A stretch of DNA of 64,000 bases from Rhodosorus marinus CCMP1338 (lineage: Eukaryota; Plantae; Rhodophyta). The translations under genes and the position numbers were made by a program. Under the pieces are notes generated by a model, which was given only the letters and a program-made list of their open reading frames with translations, was not told the DNA's origin and ran no database searches. Of this stretch, positions 22,435 to 34,110 are shown piece after piece. Every line of letters begins with the position of its first letter. Position 1 is the stretch's first letter. The DNA is taken from the NCBI GenBank assembly GCA_029953675.1, contig JAMWBK010000001.1, positions 1,984,001 to 2,048,000 on the forward strand. Direction: 5' to 3'.

Positions 22435-23562
22435 TCAATGCAGTGAAGGGCGTACGATATCCAACAGCATCAACGACGCGAGCTGCTCGGCTTGCACGTC
22501 GCCAACGAGCTTCTCAACGAGAGCAAGACTGAAAACTAGAGCAGTCCCGGGGCCCCTATGCACAAACGGACGGGTGGTACGCGAATTTCAGTTCGAGCAG
22601 TGGAGCTGCCAGAGGAGTCTCCAACTTCAAACATGAGTCCTGTAGTACGTACCTCGAGGTCATCACATTCCCATCATAGACGACGGGCACTTCGTCATCA
22701 TCGATGTTCTTGGGGAGCTTCTCCATAAAAGCCGGAGACGGATAACACGTTGCGTTGCGCCCTTCAAGAAGTCCGTGATGAGCCAATACTACAGCTGGGG
22801 CTGCGCAAATTGCTCCTGTATAGAAGTTCAACCGATTAGACACAAGTGGAATCGACAAGATCCGCTTTCCCAAAGTCAATTGATGAATCTTACAGGTATA
22901 GAAGGATTTGCTACGCAATTGAACGTACCTATCATTTTGTTCCCTGCTTCCTGCTTGATAAGCATATTTTTCAAATCATCACTGTCCCTCAGTCTCTCGG
23001 CACCAGGCATGCCACCCTGTTTGACGAGCAAAAAACAACGGCCCACAGAAGGGTGAAACCACATCAGACCTCGGTTCAACTGTGGAGGTTGTGCGCCGGC
23101 TCATACAGGAAGTGCGATTAAATCGTAGTCAACGTCCTTGCAGTCACCAATCATCTGGTCAGCCATGATCTTCACCCCGCGGCTCATCGTACAAACTAGT
23201 TCATCCTCCACGCTGGCGATTGTTACCTCCACTCCAGCACGCACTAGGGTATCTGCGATCGTGGTCGCCTCTATTTCTTCTGACCCATTGCCGATCGCTA
23301 CCAAAGCGGTTTTGGCGTTCTGCGAAAGCATATCAGAGCAAAAACCAAAATTCAGAACACAAATCCGGCAGCCAGCGACGCGACATAACAAACTCACCAT
23401 CGAGACCTGGCGCTTCAAACTGGAAACTCTTCCACGGACTGTTCTAGCCCTCCTCCCTACAACAGATCCTCCAAAGTACAAACTGGTTCTTTCCAGACCG
23501 CACCTAGAAACCCTGCAACCCGTCCCCAATCCTACACCACCACTCAACACAAACGCCGCCAT
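22435..23562 (-). CDS. DJ-1/PfpI (ThiJ-type) glyoxalase/deglycase, plastid-targeted, multi-exon
   Basis: Spliced product: MAAFVLSGG transit peptide; ALVAIGNGSEEIEA; LPGGMPGAERL; AICAAPAVVL (catalytic Cys); TSRGPGTALVFSLALVEKL; stop at 22435. Confidence 0.92.
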
Positions 23563-25009
23563 CTCTCCCCTCACACAATAAGGTAACAACAGAAAACAGT
23601 CCTCCTTCCCTCTCACCCGCCCAACCACAGGCACCAAAATGAACGAAAATCAGCACTCGCTCCCCTCAAAACAAGGTACGAAAACCGCACTCCAGCTGCT
23701 CCTTTCCTCTTCTTCCACACTGATCTCTCCAGCGTCCTCCTCAACCTCTCATCTCTTCTCCGACTCCCCCCCCCCCCCAAACAAAAAACCACAAGAGATC
23801 TCTATATACACAAATATCTTTCAAAATCTTTCCCTCAACCTCTCAGAAACTCTCAAAACCTCTCATTCCCTCTCATATACATCTCACATTACACCTCTCT
23901 CACCTCTTCTCCAACCAACCAACCTCCTACCTTCCTGCCCACCTTCCCCCACCCCACCACCGGAGATCTCTTTAAAGACAATTGCTTTCCACCTGCATCC
24001 TTATCGTCACAAAAATATCTTAAAAACATTTATATTTTATCCAACCATATCACCTTATATCCAAAAACCTATAATTAACTCCAAAAATACAATATAAATT
24101 CCAGCCAATGATAATCTCGGTTCAGCATGCAAATCTTGCAAAATAATATCCAAAATACAATATCCACCAGTATCTCCATATCAACTTTTTCCTTATTTCG
24201 GTTAAAATAGGAAATGGTGTGTTTTATTTATATATTTCCACTATCAGATAAACGTAGGAACAAGTATACCAAAAAAAAGGGCTAGTATATTTATACTGAA
24301 AAAAGAAGATAGAAAAGATTCCTAAAGGTCCGGCATTAAATTTCGTTTTGGAGATAAATGTTTTTATGGACAGTTGTCCGAATATCTGGATGGGTTGTTC
24401 AGTCTTTTTAGAGGTGTATTGATTGATGTGGATTGATTTTGGAAAAGGGGTTGGGGGGTTTGAGTGTGGTGAGTCTTCGCGGAGGGTTGGAAGTGGTTGG
24501 GACTGTAGGGTTTGGAGTATGTACTGTTCAGAATGATTCGTGTGTGAATGTGGTCGTGGAATTTGACTGGATATTTGTTTGCGACTGTTTGGATTCAGAG
24601 ATTGGATTCTCTGCTTTTCCCGTTTCTACGTCGCGCGACCGGCTCATTCACCCGGGAAGAAGGGAGATTCAGCTTCGCAAGTCTCTTCCGGTTAGAAATA
24701 ACAGCTTGAAAAGAAGTCTTACTCTCAAGCCCTTTCACCACATTTCTCTCTCGAGTAGCCTCTCGAAGCTGCCTCGCAGCCTGTGTCGTTTATCCACGAT
24801 ATGGTCCAACTCCTCGTACTCCCCACATCGAAACTTAATTTCCGTTTCAAATTGTGTTCTCGCGAGGACACCGCAATGTGTCATGGTCCTTGACTCTAAA
24901 CTGCCTCTCCAGTAGTAGTCTACCCACACGCATGTTACTAACAGCAACCTAAACACCCACTCATTGCCGGCTCAACCTTCGCACGCACCAGCTCCAAGGT
25001 ATATCCAAA

Positions 25010-25440
25010 GCTACTCGCCCTGAGCTGACCAGAGGCCCAAACACTCACTCCTGCTGGCCACCCTCATCAAATCGAGTTGCCCACGACGAGCGATATTTTA
25101 GATACGAACATGAGGGCACCGAAAAGAGCAAGGATCTGAGATCCTAACGCCAACCTCTTCCACAACATACCTAAACTATTCGCGTAGTGCTAACGAGAAA
25201 CTCAAACAGGCACTCCCCATGAATCGACTGATCGCCACCCTATCAAATCCAGTTGCTCACGACGATCGATATAGAGAAACGAACATAGAGGGCACCAGAA
25301 AGAGCAAAAGATCTCGAGGTCTTCCAGCCAAACTCTTCCATACCTAAAAGCAATCGCCTAGCGCTGACCAGAAACTCAAACAGGCTCTCCTCTTGGCTCT
25401 CCCAATCGTCACACAGTTCCAATCGAATTGCTGACGACGA
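25010..25440. repeat. Degenerate tandem repeat, about 175-bp unit, about 2.5 copies
   Basis: GAAACTCAAACAGGC near 25197 and 25371; GCCACCCT..ATCAAATC.AGTTGC.CACGACGA.CGATAT near 25057 and 25235; GAGGGCACC...AAAGAGCAA twice. Confidence 0.8.
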
Positions 25441-25622
25441 CCGACGTGGAGATAGTTTGAGCTATCTCACATTGGTGACGAAGGAGATATTTGCACCTAG
25501 AGATTTGGAGAGAAGAGAGGACAGAAACTAGGAGAGGAAGGTCTGGTTCCGTTCTTTGTTTTTCATTCGGTAAGGTGAATAGAGCAAGCAATCTGAAGGA
25601 GTTGCTGGTGGTGTGGAGAAAA

Positions 25623-27257
25623 ATGGATCTTGGGTTCTTAGAAGTTGGGATTGGAGGTGTGGTGAGGAGTCGGAAGAGTTTGGTGTGTGGGTATGGAAGG
25701 TCTGGAGAAGGAGGATCTGGATCATATGGCTCTCGAAAGCCGCGTGGTCGAGGTGGCGGAGGGCAGCAGAAGAATAGGAAAAGAGAGGATGATGATTTTG
25801 GGTTTGGAAGGCCGACTCCAAATTACTCTAAGAGGAGACCTCAGTCGAAGAAGCCGGAGAAGAAGCAGCCGTGAGATTGTCGGGGCATACGTGCTTGTGT
25901 TTTTTTGTTTTTTTGTCAATCAGAGAGTGCTGAAATGGTGCGGGTTATTTGTTTGCTGTCGTACAGGGCAAAATGTGGGACTTGCAATGGCAAGCAGTTG
26001 GTGGAGTGTGGTCTCTGCCGCGGCAGCGGAGTCGCAAAGAAGAGGACTCGTGGCAACGCTCCCCTCAACGACATCACAGCAACAACAGTTTTGAACACAA
26101 AGTGGACCGCGATTGAGTCCCAACGTGGACAACGGCACTTCGTTTGTGTCGGAAAGACCGGCTCCGGTGCTAAAGGAACCGCACAGTTGACTTCTCTCAT
26201 CGGTGCTGAGAATTTTTCTGTCACAATCGAGGTAAAGAATCCCTCTTACTTCCGTTTCTTGCAAAACCCGTGAGGGATCTCCGAGAGACTCAGCACAGCA
26301 CGTTCTCTGTGATGTCTGAATCAACAGGAGCTTAGGGATAAATCCCAATGGCAATCTGGATGGCTCACGAAGAAGGAGATAGAAGATTTGGAGAGCCCTT
26401 TACCTTGTCGAGCATGTGCTGGTACTGGTGAGAAGAAATGCCCAGATTGTGTAGAAGAAACGAAGACGACGAGAGACATGAACAGGCAAGATGATCGGGG
26501 TAGTGCCAGATCTTTTGGGAGGCCAAAGTACGGGGACAGGGAAGGTGCGAATCAACGACGGGACAGAGGAGGTGCTCGAGGAGGTATGCCTCGTGGACGG
26601 GATAGGTTTTTGGAGGATGGGGACGACGAGGAATCATTCTTCAGGGAGCGTCGCAGTCGTGGAGACGAAGCTGGGAGTCGAGGAAAGGGGCGGGACAGCC
26701 GTCGCCGTGGAATGTCGAGGGGTGAACGAAACCAGTTTGAAGATGAGGAAGATAATTTCTTCGGGAGTGATCGGAGAGGGAACGACTTTGAGGAGCGCGG
26801 GAGTAGTGGTCGTGGTGGGCGGAGGCCGCGCGAGCAGAATGAGACTGGGGATGATAGCCGGCAGGGAGGTAGGGGTTCAAGACGTAGAGAGGGTGATGAT
26901 TTTGATTTTGATGAGGACAGTTTTTTCGGGCTTAGCGATGATGAGGCTGATGAAAACCCTAGAACGACCCAAAGACAGAACCCCCCAGGGAAGCAGACAG
27001 GCAACAGTAGGACGAGGAAGCAGACGAGGGATTCGGATATGGACAAGGTCGACGTGGATAGGATTTGGGAGGAGAGCAGGTCTCTGGATGCGCTCTTTAC
27101 GGACGGGGGTATGCTTGGAGACGATCGGGATGATTATTTCGACTCCGATGACGACAACCGGAGTTCACAGAACAAGAAGGGAAACAGGAAGAAGAGGAAG
27201 GACGATGACGACAATGACGACGAGTCGTTCTTTTTCGGAGAAAACAACTGGTTGTAG
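25623..27257 (+). CDS. Plastid-targeted DnaJ-type zinc-finger protein with an inserted Trp-rich DUF2389/TIGR02450-like domain and an R/G/D-rich tail
   Basis: Introns 25871-25966 and 26232-26327 give MDLGFL...CGTCNGKQLVECGLCRGSG...VLNTKWTAIESQRGQRHFVC...ELRDKSQWQSGW...CRACAGTGEKKCPDC, followed by about 270 low-complexity residues. Confidence 0.82.
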
Positions 27258-27478
27258 TTTTGAATACTTTACTTCTTTCCATTGTCTTGGAAGATAACTC
27301 TTCCCACTTGAAGGGACGTTTAAATAACTTAAAAAGAAGGTTATCTTCAAGCCCCCAAGCATGGCGTCGCTAGTTGCTACGAATGAGTTTCCCAGCACCG
27401 GGAGTTGTCCTTCCAAGTGCACGACGGGACTGGCTTTTGAGTCCTGGGTTTCTGACGGGATAACATCAATTGGCTCGG

Positions 27479-28519
27479 CTACAGAACGGTTTGTGTGGAC
27501 TGTGATGCACTGTTCTTTGCCGTTACCCATCTGTTGTAGTCAAACCTGCGTATGACGAAATGACAGCAATGAGAGGCTGGAGTGTGGAAACGGAGTTCAC
27601 TGGGGAAGAATGGGTTCGTACCTCAGGATAACTTGTCTGCTCTCTTCGCCCGTGCTCTGACGGGCTCTTTCAGCTGGGTCAATGCTCGTTGCCTGGTAGC
27701 CAATCTTATCTGCTGCAACCCGTGCTCGACCGTCTTTTACGAGGAACGAAAAATAAAACAAGTTCTCGACGGACTTGCTGAAGCTCCCTTGATCGACGGC
27801 AATATCGTACAGGCTTACCTCCTTCTCTTTTCGAAGGGTGCTGTCCATGGTCTCGATCCTCTTGTCCGCGACCGTTTTTTCGCCGCTATCGCCCTGAGTG
27901 ACCTCCTCGGGTTTCGCTGCAAAGAAGATGACAAAAAAGCACATAGTTAGCTCACCGCATATCTCCAACGGAGTTCAAGCTAAACTATTGCAGGCCACGT
28001 ACATAGTTTGCCGCTTCTGTCCTTGTTCCTAACTGTGCGCTTGACCTGTCTTTCTTTTCGCCGAAGCTCCTGAAGCCCGTACATGAAATCAATGCTGGGA
28101 GCTATTCTATAGTACTTGGAGACTGCTGCGCCTAGGCTTTCAAAGTCAAACACGGCATTGCTTGGCATAGCTTCTTCCTCCTCAACCAGTTGATTTTCTC
28201 CTGCCGTCGTTTGGCGCTTGTTCAGCTGCTCAATAAACAAGGCACCGGAAAAGTTCTTGAGCGACGTCTGCAATCGTCTCGACTGGATTTTTGCTGCTTG
28301 AGACAGCTCTAAAAACGACTGCGCTACCAAGTTCTGATGCACAATCAAATTTGACTTGTCGTGCAACTGGTCATTTTCGTCAAAAAAATGGTCCAGCCTG
28401 CGCTTGGACGGATCCGCAACCTCATCACGAGACCCCTTCACGCTCTCCAGATGCTCTCTTAGAGCAACCGTCGTATGCTTATCCTTCAGCTCCTTCTCTA
28501 GCTGACTCTCGGCATCCAT
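27479..28519 (-). CDS. NSE4: NSE4 kleisin subunit of the SMC5/6 complex, multi-exon
   Basis: Nse4_C motif SFSKSVENLFYFSFLVKDGRARV; N-terminal APSIDFMYG. The last exon splices to ...ILRFDYNRWV...VL*. Confidence 0.88.
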
Positions 28520-29194
28520 CTCTCTGTCAGAATCAAATCATTCACAGCCCATAATCTCCCGAGAAACACAAGAACCTCCCCCCCAAAGAAACTCGAGTCC
28601 TCACTGACCAACCTTCTCCCCACAAATCTCAACCTCATAAACCTTCACAAACCCCACAAACGGAACCTCCCCCTCCCTCGCACCCCCTCAAAAAGCCTTC
28701 AACGAAACCAAATCTTCCTTAATAGATCACTAGACACTCCCCATCCATTCCTCTTACAATAACCTCCCCACCTACCTCACCATCCCCAACACATTCCCAA
28801 CTTCCTCTCATTTCCTTTATGTACCCCCAAAAATTTCCTTAGCGTTTCATGTCAAAAAATGTCACAATTCTTTAAAAAAACATTTCCCCTTTGACATAAA
28901 ACCCTCTATTGACGTGTAACAACGACCATGCTTGTTGAGCTGAAAACAAAGATTTTCGATTCCAAGAAACAGAGAAATGAAGAATAGTTTTTTTTGAGAG
29001 GGCCCAGATTTCGTGCTGTGAATGTTCCTGGATGTGCTGGTATTCCGAACTGGTATTGGTTTGAGTAAATATTACCGCGAACTTGTATTATTGGTTTAAA
29101 GGAGTAAGGGCGTGGAGTGGTTTTGCGCTACGTGTCTTGTGGGTCGAATGGTGTGGGGACGGAAGAAATTGTCTTGGTGAATATTTTGGAGGAC

Positions 29195-29550
29195 ATGGTA
29201 CCAGCGTTCCCGGCTCGACGTAAGTTGTGACCTTCTTCTTTGTTAACGGACGAGTTGTTATAGCCTACAGAGAATATGCTGAGACAGGTCTACCCGAGGA
29301 AGACTCCTTCACCATCACTAGTTACACACGCCGGCAAAGGTGTTCATGACAATCTCCGCGTGGTTTATGGCAGTTTCTAGAATGTGAGAAGCTCAAGACC
29401 ATCCTTGCGCTATGCTTGTATGTCCCTGAGGCCTACTCATGGTTGCCTCTGGACGGACTTTCTATCCCATTTAGGGAGACCACTCTCGCGCGCTGGAAAA
29501 CCTGGCCCGCGGCGCCCTTGACAAAGGTCGCTCGCCGCGGACTTTACTAA
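29195..29550 (+). CDS. Candidate small 4-exon gene (about 68 aa), unknown function, absent from the ORF track
   Basis: G/T-rich leader, ATG at 29195, strong GTAAGT donor at 29220, and three phase-consistent short GT-AG introns giving MVPAFPARQNMLRQVYPRKTPSPSLVTHAGKECEKLKTILALCLETTLARWKTWPAAPLTKVARRGLY. No recognised homology. Confidence 0.3.
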
Positions 29551-29617
29551 ACTCCGCAAGCGGCTCACCCTGGAGATCCCCACGGTCCGAAAAACCGGAA
29601 GAACAACATTGTCTTTA

Positions 29618-29688
29618 ACTTGTTTTGAGTCGTTGGAATATTGAATCTGTATCTGACAGATTCAATATTCCAACGACTCAAAACAAGT
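29618..29688. repeat. Perfect 33-bp inverted repeat with a 5-nt loop
   Basis: 29618-29650 ACTTGTTTTGAGTCGTTGGAATATTGAATCTGT is the exact reverse complement of 29656-29688; loop ATCTG. Confidence 0.98.
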
Positions 29689-30128
29689 CCCTAGTTTTGA
29701 AGCCCAAATCACTCGATGAACGGCGTCTCGTCCTTTAGGTGACACTGACCTTCCTGGCTAAGAAGCTCGATGTCACCATTAGTGTTCCAGCAACGCCTCC
29801 GGCAGTCGACCGTCGGTAGGCAGCTCACCAACTTCACAGGAAAGCTCCTCAAGTCAACGCTCTTGCGGAAGGGATGAGGGCGAGCTTCTTGCTTAACTGT
29901 TTCCTGAACGCTTTGAGGCAATTGAGAAGCTTTCCGAGAAGAGGATGAATCTTAATGACATCTTCTATGAGCTGTAGTCTCTTTTTGTCAACGTGCTTTG
30001 ATTTGAAATGGAGAAGTGAACGATTGTCGGTTCTAGAGAGCTCACGCATATTGGGCGAAAGGAAAAGGCAAAAGTTGGTGTTTTTCAAGTAGCCTGTGAG
30101 GGTTTTTCCCTGAGGTTTTTGTGAAAGG

Positions 30129-31406
30129 ATGCCGCCTAGGTCGCGGAAGCCTCGGAACGACCCAGCGATCACCGCTTTGGAACGGGGAGTATTGGAAGCG
30201 GTGAAGGATAAAAAGCATGGTCTGACTGATGCGGAAATCCTCGCGGCTTTGCCGCAGGAAGCAGACCAAAACAAGCGAGCAATCGCCTACAACTCGTTGT
30301 TGTCAAAAGGAAAGCTTCAGCTTCTGAGGAGAGCGTTGGATCGTGAACCGTTGTACGCTCCAGCCAAGGCAGAGGTGACCAAACTTGCTGGTTTGAGGTT
30401 GAATATTAATGAAACCGCGCTGTACAAGCTGATAGAAGAGTCGAACAACAAGGGAATATGGTCAAGGTAGGTCAATATCCCTCCTCTTCCTAGGACTCCG
30501 GATCAAGTCCATGACCGGCGTAGCTTAGAACCCGCACCGTGTTCGCTTTTTGTCGTTGGTAGGGACTTGCGAAGGTGCCTCAACCTGCCAAAGGTGCAGT
30601 TGGAAAAAGCTCTCAAAGACTTGGAGTCGCGAAAGCTCGTGAAAACTGTCAAGTCCGTGTCACAAGCGAACAAGAAAATTTACATGCTCTACAACATACA
30701 ACCCGCGCCTGAACTATCTGGCGGACCCTGGTTCAACGAAAACCACGACTACGACACGGAATGTATTCGAATCATCTACCAGCAGGTCACTGCACTCGTC
30801 AAGGACAAGCCGAATCTCACGAGCAAAGAAATTTGTGAAAAGCTCAACGACAGCGGGCTCCTGAATGAGAAGCTCACCGTAAACCCGATAGCACTGCTCA
30901 ATGTACCCATTCAGACCACGCCAGCTGACCGAACCGTGCGTTCCAAACTCTTCGTTTCCCATTAGAACGACAACGTTGAACAGCTTCTGGGTACGATGGT
31001 CTACGACAGTATGATTGCAGAGCAAAAGAAGCAGCTTTCGGACGGGACAACGAAGGTCACATATTATAAATCAACGTGAGTCACGCTCAGTCCTCTTCAG
31101 AGCTGAACCAAGTCCAGTGACCGATCTAACTCCGTCATAAATTTGTCATGCTTCCCATATGCTGCTCGGCGTTGGATCTAGTCCTGTCCCCACTCATAAT
31201 GCATTAACTGAAACTCCTTGTGGGCTATGCCCCGTCATTTCGGTAAGCTCATCTCAAACAAGGAACTGAAAACCGTTTCGTGTGCAATTTGTTGAATGGT
31301 GAGTCTCTGGTGCACTTTATGCGTCTAGCAATGTAGACCTGGAGGCGAGGTATCTCCGGAGAATTGTATATATATTGATCAATGGCTTCAAGGCATGGAC
31401 TGGTGA
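30129..31406 (+). CDS. RPC6: RNA polymerase III subunit RPC6 (C34/RPC39), multi-exon
   Basis: LYKLIEESNNKGIWSRDL...LKDLESRKLVKTVKSV...KKIYMLYNIQP...SGGPWF, plus the C-terminal Fe-S motif PCGLCPVISQCRPGGEVSPENCIYIDQWL. Confidence 0.95.
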
Positions 31407-31907
31407 GATTTGTTAACGTTGTTTCTGTGCGCAGCATCTGGGCTCATGAGCGAAACAACAAAACCAGAGTTTGTAGATCTTTGATTTGTAAAAAGGAATG
31501 TCTTAATGATCGAAGTCCAACGATGCATCGAATCGCATCTCGAACATATTCCTCGGACCGCTAAGGTCCGCGGGTTGGGATGGAGGTGGCTTTTGCTTTT
31601 CGTTCCGGAATCCGCGCATAGGATTTTGGTCCTTCCATGACAGCACAATTGCCTCCAGGCCGAGTTCGGAATGAGCGGCTGCATACGACGTACATGTGTG
31701 TGTGTTTTCAACTCTTCCATCGCAATCAGGGCTGTCCTTCGCTAGTGAAAAGCTTCAATAGGTCAAGTCGATGTCTCCTTGCAGTGCTAACCTTGTAGTG
31801 CAATCAGAAAGAGGGTGCAGAACACTGTCCTCTGCTGCAGACACTTGTGCGAAGCGAGGTACAGCTCTGTATCACTGAACCTCATGTCTTTCCGACCAGA
31901 GGCTCAC

Positions 31908-32699
31908 CTACGCTCCCTTCTGCGACTGGTTCACATTTTTGTCCTTATTCTCTACCTGAGACGCAGTATTCTGTGCAGGCTGGGCTTCGTGTAGCTCTTG
32001 TGCAGCGTCTCGCTTTCGCCTATCTTCTACAGTTTCCTCGGGTGGTGCGCTCCCGGCAGGCTGGGCTTGGTGGTTTTGACCCACACCCGCATGGTTGATG
32101 CTATCCAGCATGTTGTCTCGGGTTATGGCAATCGATTTCCTGAAGTTTTTCAGCTCACCGTCTTTCACCTCTCGGACAAACTTGGCGGGGTTTCCTGCCC
32201 ATAGCTCTTTCTCTCCGATCTCCGCACTACGGACGCTCGACCCTGGTCAGAGTAAGCACTAGGTCAGAAGCCGTGCACTATTACCCACTTTGGGATATTG
32301 GGAGACAAGAAGCTCACTGTGATAGATGATGGATCCTCTACCGACCGTGCTGTTCGAAATGACTACTCTAGCACCTATAACCGCACCTTCTCCAACACGC
32401 AGGGGTCCGATCAGAACCGCCCGCTGCATAGCAATGACATCCTCATCCAGAGAGATACGCGTGTCGCTTCCAAGAGATTCCAAACTAGCGCGATCTCCAA
32501 CAAACGAGTTCTTTCCGATGACGACCTCACCGTTATTCTTTGCGGATAGTTTCGCTCCAGTTCCGATGATCGCATCCTCCGCTATAATGCAATTGCCGTA
32601 GATTTTCGTACCCGGCCCTTTGATGACACGATCGAACTTGTTCAAATGTCTGTTGGATACGAGCGTATCAACGAGCCTAGTCCAAGCTCTTCTGAACAT
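31908..32699 (-). CDS. Gamma-carbonic-anhydrase-like (left-handed beta-helix) protein, probably a mitochondrial complex I subunit; one intron
   Basis: Hexapeptide repeats (IIAEDAIIGTGA, VVIGKNSFVGD, VGEGAVIGARVVI). The second exon gives ELWAGNPAKFVREVKDGEL, typical of gamma-CA. N-terminus MFRRAWTRL resembles a presequence. Confidence 0.82.
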
Positions 32700-33949
32700 C
32701 GTCTTTCGTTTATCATTCTTCTCGTACACTGCCCTGTCGTTGATCTGTGAAGCGCTCAACAGCTTTATCAGAGAAACAGGATTCGATTCGCACTTGTCAT
32801 ATCGCCCTCTTCAGAATAAAAACTGATGAGATTTCCGATGGACGATTCCACTTGTCGTCTCCTGCGCGTCGTTGAAACATTCCAGCTTGGTTTAAGATCA
32901 GGAAGACCTCAGCACACAACAGGCGGTGCGAAATTCTTGCTACCCGAATTGTACCATACTACTCGGTGTGATCTTCTATGTTGTGTCCTCAGTTGCTTCA
33001 TCGTCTTCACGAAGAGAGCATTCGGGGACGAATCTCCACGACAAATCTGTTGGACGGTAATGACTTTGCGCCCTTGCCGTAGTTGGAAGGTCAGACCAGA
33101 TAGCTTAGTTTCAATCAATGACAACTATTGATTGAAATCTAATCGTTTTCTCCGGGATAGTGACTGAAAGATGGCTATCGTGCGAAATTCGATGTTTGGA
33201 GGGGATTGTGCTAAAAAAAGAGTCAACGGGGCGGTCTATAAGGATACTGCCCAGGCTACTACAATTTGTAGACTGGGTTTAACCCGGAGATCCATTGCTC
33301 GTGTCAAACGAACCGAAGTGGCAACCGGAGCCAGCATGGATTTGCGATCCACGGCCCGAATCCATGATCCCCGCGGCTTAATCCGGGAAGAGTGCAATCC
33401 GATCGATCTGCGGCACACCTGTAGACCTTGATTCAGCATCGGCGAGGAAAGCTTCGACAGGATTGCAAGACACGAAGACGAAGGTAAGAGACATCGCGAA
33501 GGGGAAAAGTACCTTACAAAAAGTAGTCATCGCAAATGTCACAACTCAGCAGAGGAACAGATCGCTGAGGTGGATGAAGCAGAAGAGGAAGCGGTGTCGA
33601 TGTCGGAGTCTGATACTGAGGTACAAGATATTAATGAGTTTAACGGACTTACAGGTGCATGCCAGAGCTATCAACTTAGCATCTTGTGGGGCTGCCGAGA
33701 ATGTCATCTGAAACACACTTTTAAAAGCATCATGATTGACACCCTTGAAGGACGTCTCAGATGACGTCTTGTCGTTGTGATAAAGTTCTCGGCATCCCCG
33801 AGTACTCGATCTAGAGTAAGTAGTAGAACTTTGAGTTTTTACATCAGCATAGTTCTGAATTTACTGCGTTAACCATTCGCCATCCCCAGACTACCAGTAA
33901 CCGGAAGATCCATTAGCTTGTTTATGACAGTCTGTCTACGTCATAAATA

Positions 33950-34110
33950 ATCTTAATTCAATATATCGGAGTGACAGCTTGTCATCACGAGAAATCATAA
34001 TTATTCAATATATCGGACTGACAGCTTGTCATGACGAGAAATAATAATGATTCAATAGCTGACCAGTGATGATTGATTATCGGACGACCAATGATTGAAT
34101 ATAGAAGAGC
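33950..34110. repeat. 47-bp tandem repeat (2+ copies) plus TGATTGA motifs; homologous to 55914-56030
   Basis: TTCAATA at 33957, 34004 and 34051; unit TTCAATATATCGGA(G/C)TGACAGCTTGTCAT(C/G)ACGAGAAAT(C/A)ATAAT. Confidence 0.85.

Noticed and set aside
29709-30050. Minus-strand open segments head-to-head with RPC6
   Set aside because: Two overlapping frames, neither recognisable; cannot be supported as a gene without RNA data.
33171-33764. Cluster of short plus-strand ORFs with an acidic patch
   Set aside because: Frames are interrupted by stops and have no family motif; at most a decayed element.
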